DNA of 64,000 nucleotides. Source: an uncultured Bacteroidota bacterium (GTDB lineage: Bacteria > Bacteroidota > Bacteroidia > Bacteroidales > VadinHA17). Positions within the stretch are counted from its first letter, which is position 1. Each line of letters opens with the position of its first letter. The notes beneath the pieces were generated by a model, which saw only the letters and a list, made by a program, of their open reading frames with translations, was not told the origin of the DNA and did no database searches. This document shows, one piece after another, positions 63,543 through 64,000 of this stretch. A program made the translations under genes and the position numbers. The stretch spans positions 770,400 through 834,399 of the forward strand of contig CAWJKD010000002.1 of assembly GCA_963843415.1 (NCBI GenBank), written 5' to 3'.

Positions 63543-64000
63543 ATCTTCAAATTTATTTTTAATGCTTCAGAATAAACTCCTTCAGCAGGTTCGTAATTGT
63601 TATCGAGTTCAGTATAATTTTCTTTAATATTTTCAATACTCAGAAGCTGCTCAGGTATAGGTGGTGAAAATCCAAGTATTTTAATGATCTCTTCCCTGAA
63701 TTTTGATGGATGTGCGGTCTCCAGAGAAAAAAACAACTGGTCTTTGGAATAATCAGACGGATTAGTTTCACGATATCGTTCCATCCCTCTCCATGCAACT
63801 GCACCATGAGGTTCAAGAAGACGGCCATATTGCCTGTAAAAATCTTCTATTGTCTGCCGCGTATCTTCATCACTTATACTGAAACCACAGAAATCTTTAC
63901 GGATACGGGATAGATCCGGCTCCTTTTCGATATTCCCTTTCTGATCCATAACACCACCGTACAATGAAATGATCCTTGCAAGATTGCTCGGATGTCCAAC
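63533..64000 (-). CDS. thrC: threonine synthase, C-terminal part (5' end lies outside the window)
   Basis: The frame is open to the window edge (VGHPSNLARIISLYGG...). LEPHGAVAW and ETAHPSKF blocks. The stop overlaps the thrH start by 10 nt. Confidence 0.85.
   Translation of the reverse strand, partial: VGHPSNLARIISLYGGVMDQKGNIEKEPDLSRIRKDFCGFSISDEDTRQTIEDFYRQYGRLLEPHGAVAWRGMERYRETNPSDYSKDQLFFSLETAHPSKFREEIIKILGFSPPIPEQLLSIENIKENYTELDNNYEPAEGVYSEALKINLKICI

Noticed and set aside
1-64000. Mobile element, prophage, defence island, tRNA/rRNA or riboswitch content
   Set aside because: I saw no integrase, transposase, recombinase, phage structural genes, restriction/toxin-antitoxin/Cas-like motifs, tRNA-like cloverleaf regions or known riboswitch cores in the spacers I read. 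All spacers are under 210 nt. This is absence by eye only and should be confirmed with tRNAscan, Rfam and defence-system finders.

Overview
AT-rich, densely coding chromosomal segment that reads as Bacteroidota. Two giant secreted proteins carry type IX secretion (T9SS) C-terminal sorting domains, and TAnnTTTG-type promoter boxes are present. A [FeFe]-hydrogenase fragment and indolepyruvate:ferredoxin oxidoreductase point to an anaerobe. I count about 59 protein genes. I found no rRNA, tRNA, CRISPR array, transposase, integrase, prophage or recognisable defence genes. Main blocks: (1) housekeeping genes (purB, mqnA-like, MsbA-like ABC exporter, truA, ssb, mltG, murB, ggt, PiT/DUF47, thrC-thrH). 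(2) A pectin/hexuronate catabolic island at about 10.3-23.7 kb: GH35, GH105, then uxaC > SDR > LarA-like > gnd > exuT > uxaE > CYTH, divergent from kduI-kduD. (3) Secreted and periplasmic proteins: a CotH-family giant protein, a gingipain-like C25 peptidase, an ankyrin/beta-barrel protein, Tat-signal Gfo/Idh/MocA oxidoreductases, DUF1080, a Tat-signal aldo/keto reductase fused to a di-cluster ferredoxin module, and a DoxX fusion protein. I do not see a clear-cut, self-evident novel multi-gene system such as a defence island. The best candidates for something undescribed are: (a) a LarA-type (nickel-pincer) epimerase candidate plus gnd embedded in the hexuronate operon. (b) A family of degenerate 7-8 bp tandem arrays that fill intergenic spacers and often begin at the stop codon, including two arrays of one 8-bp family (NNAANGGY). 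(c) The periplasmic redox cluster at 58.5-62.9 kb. All functional calls come from motif recognition by eye, not database searches.
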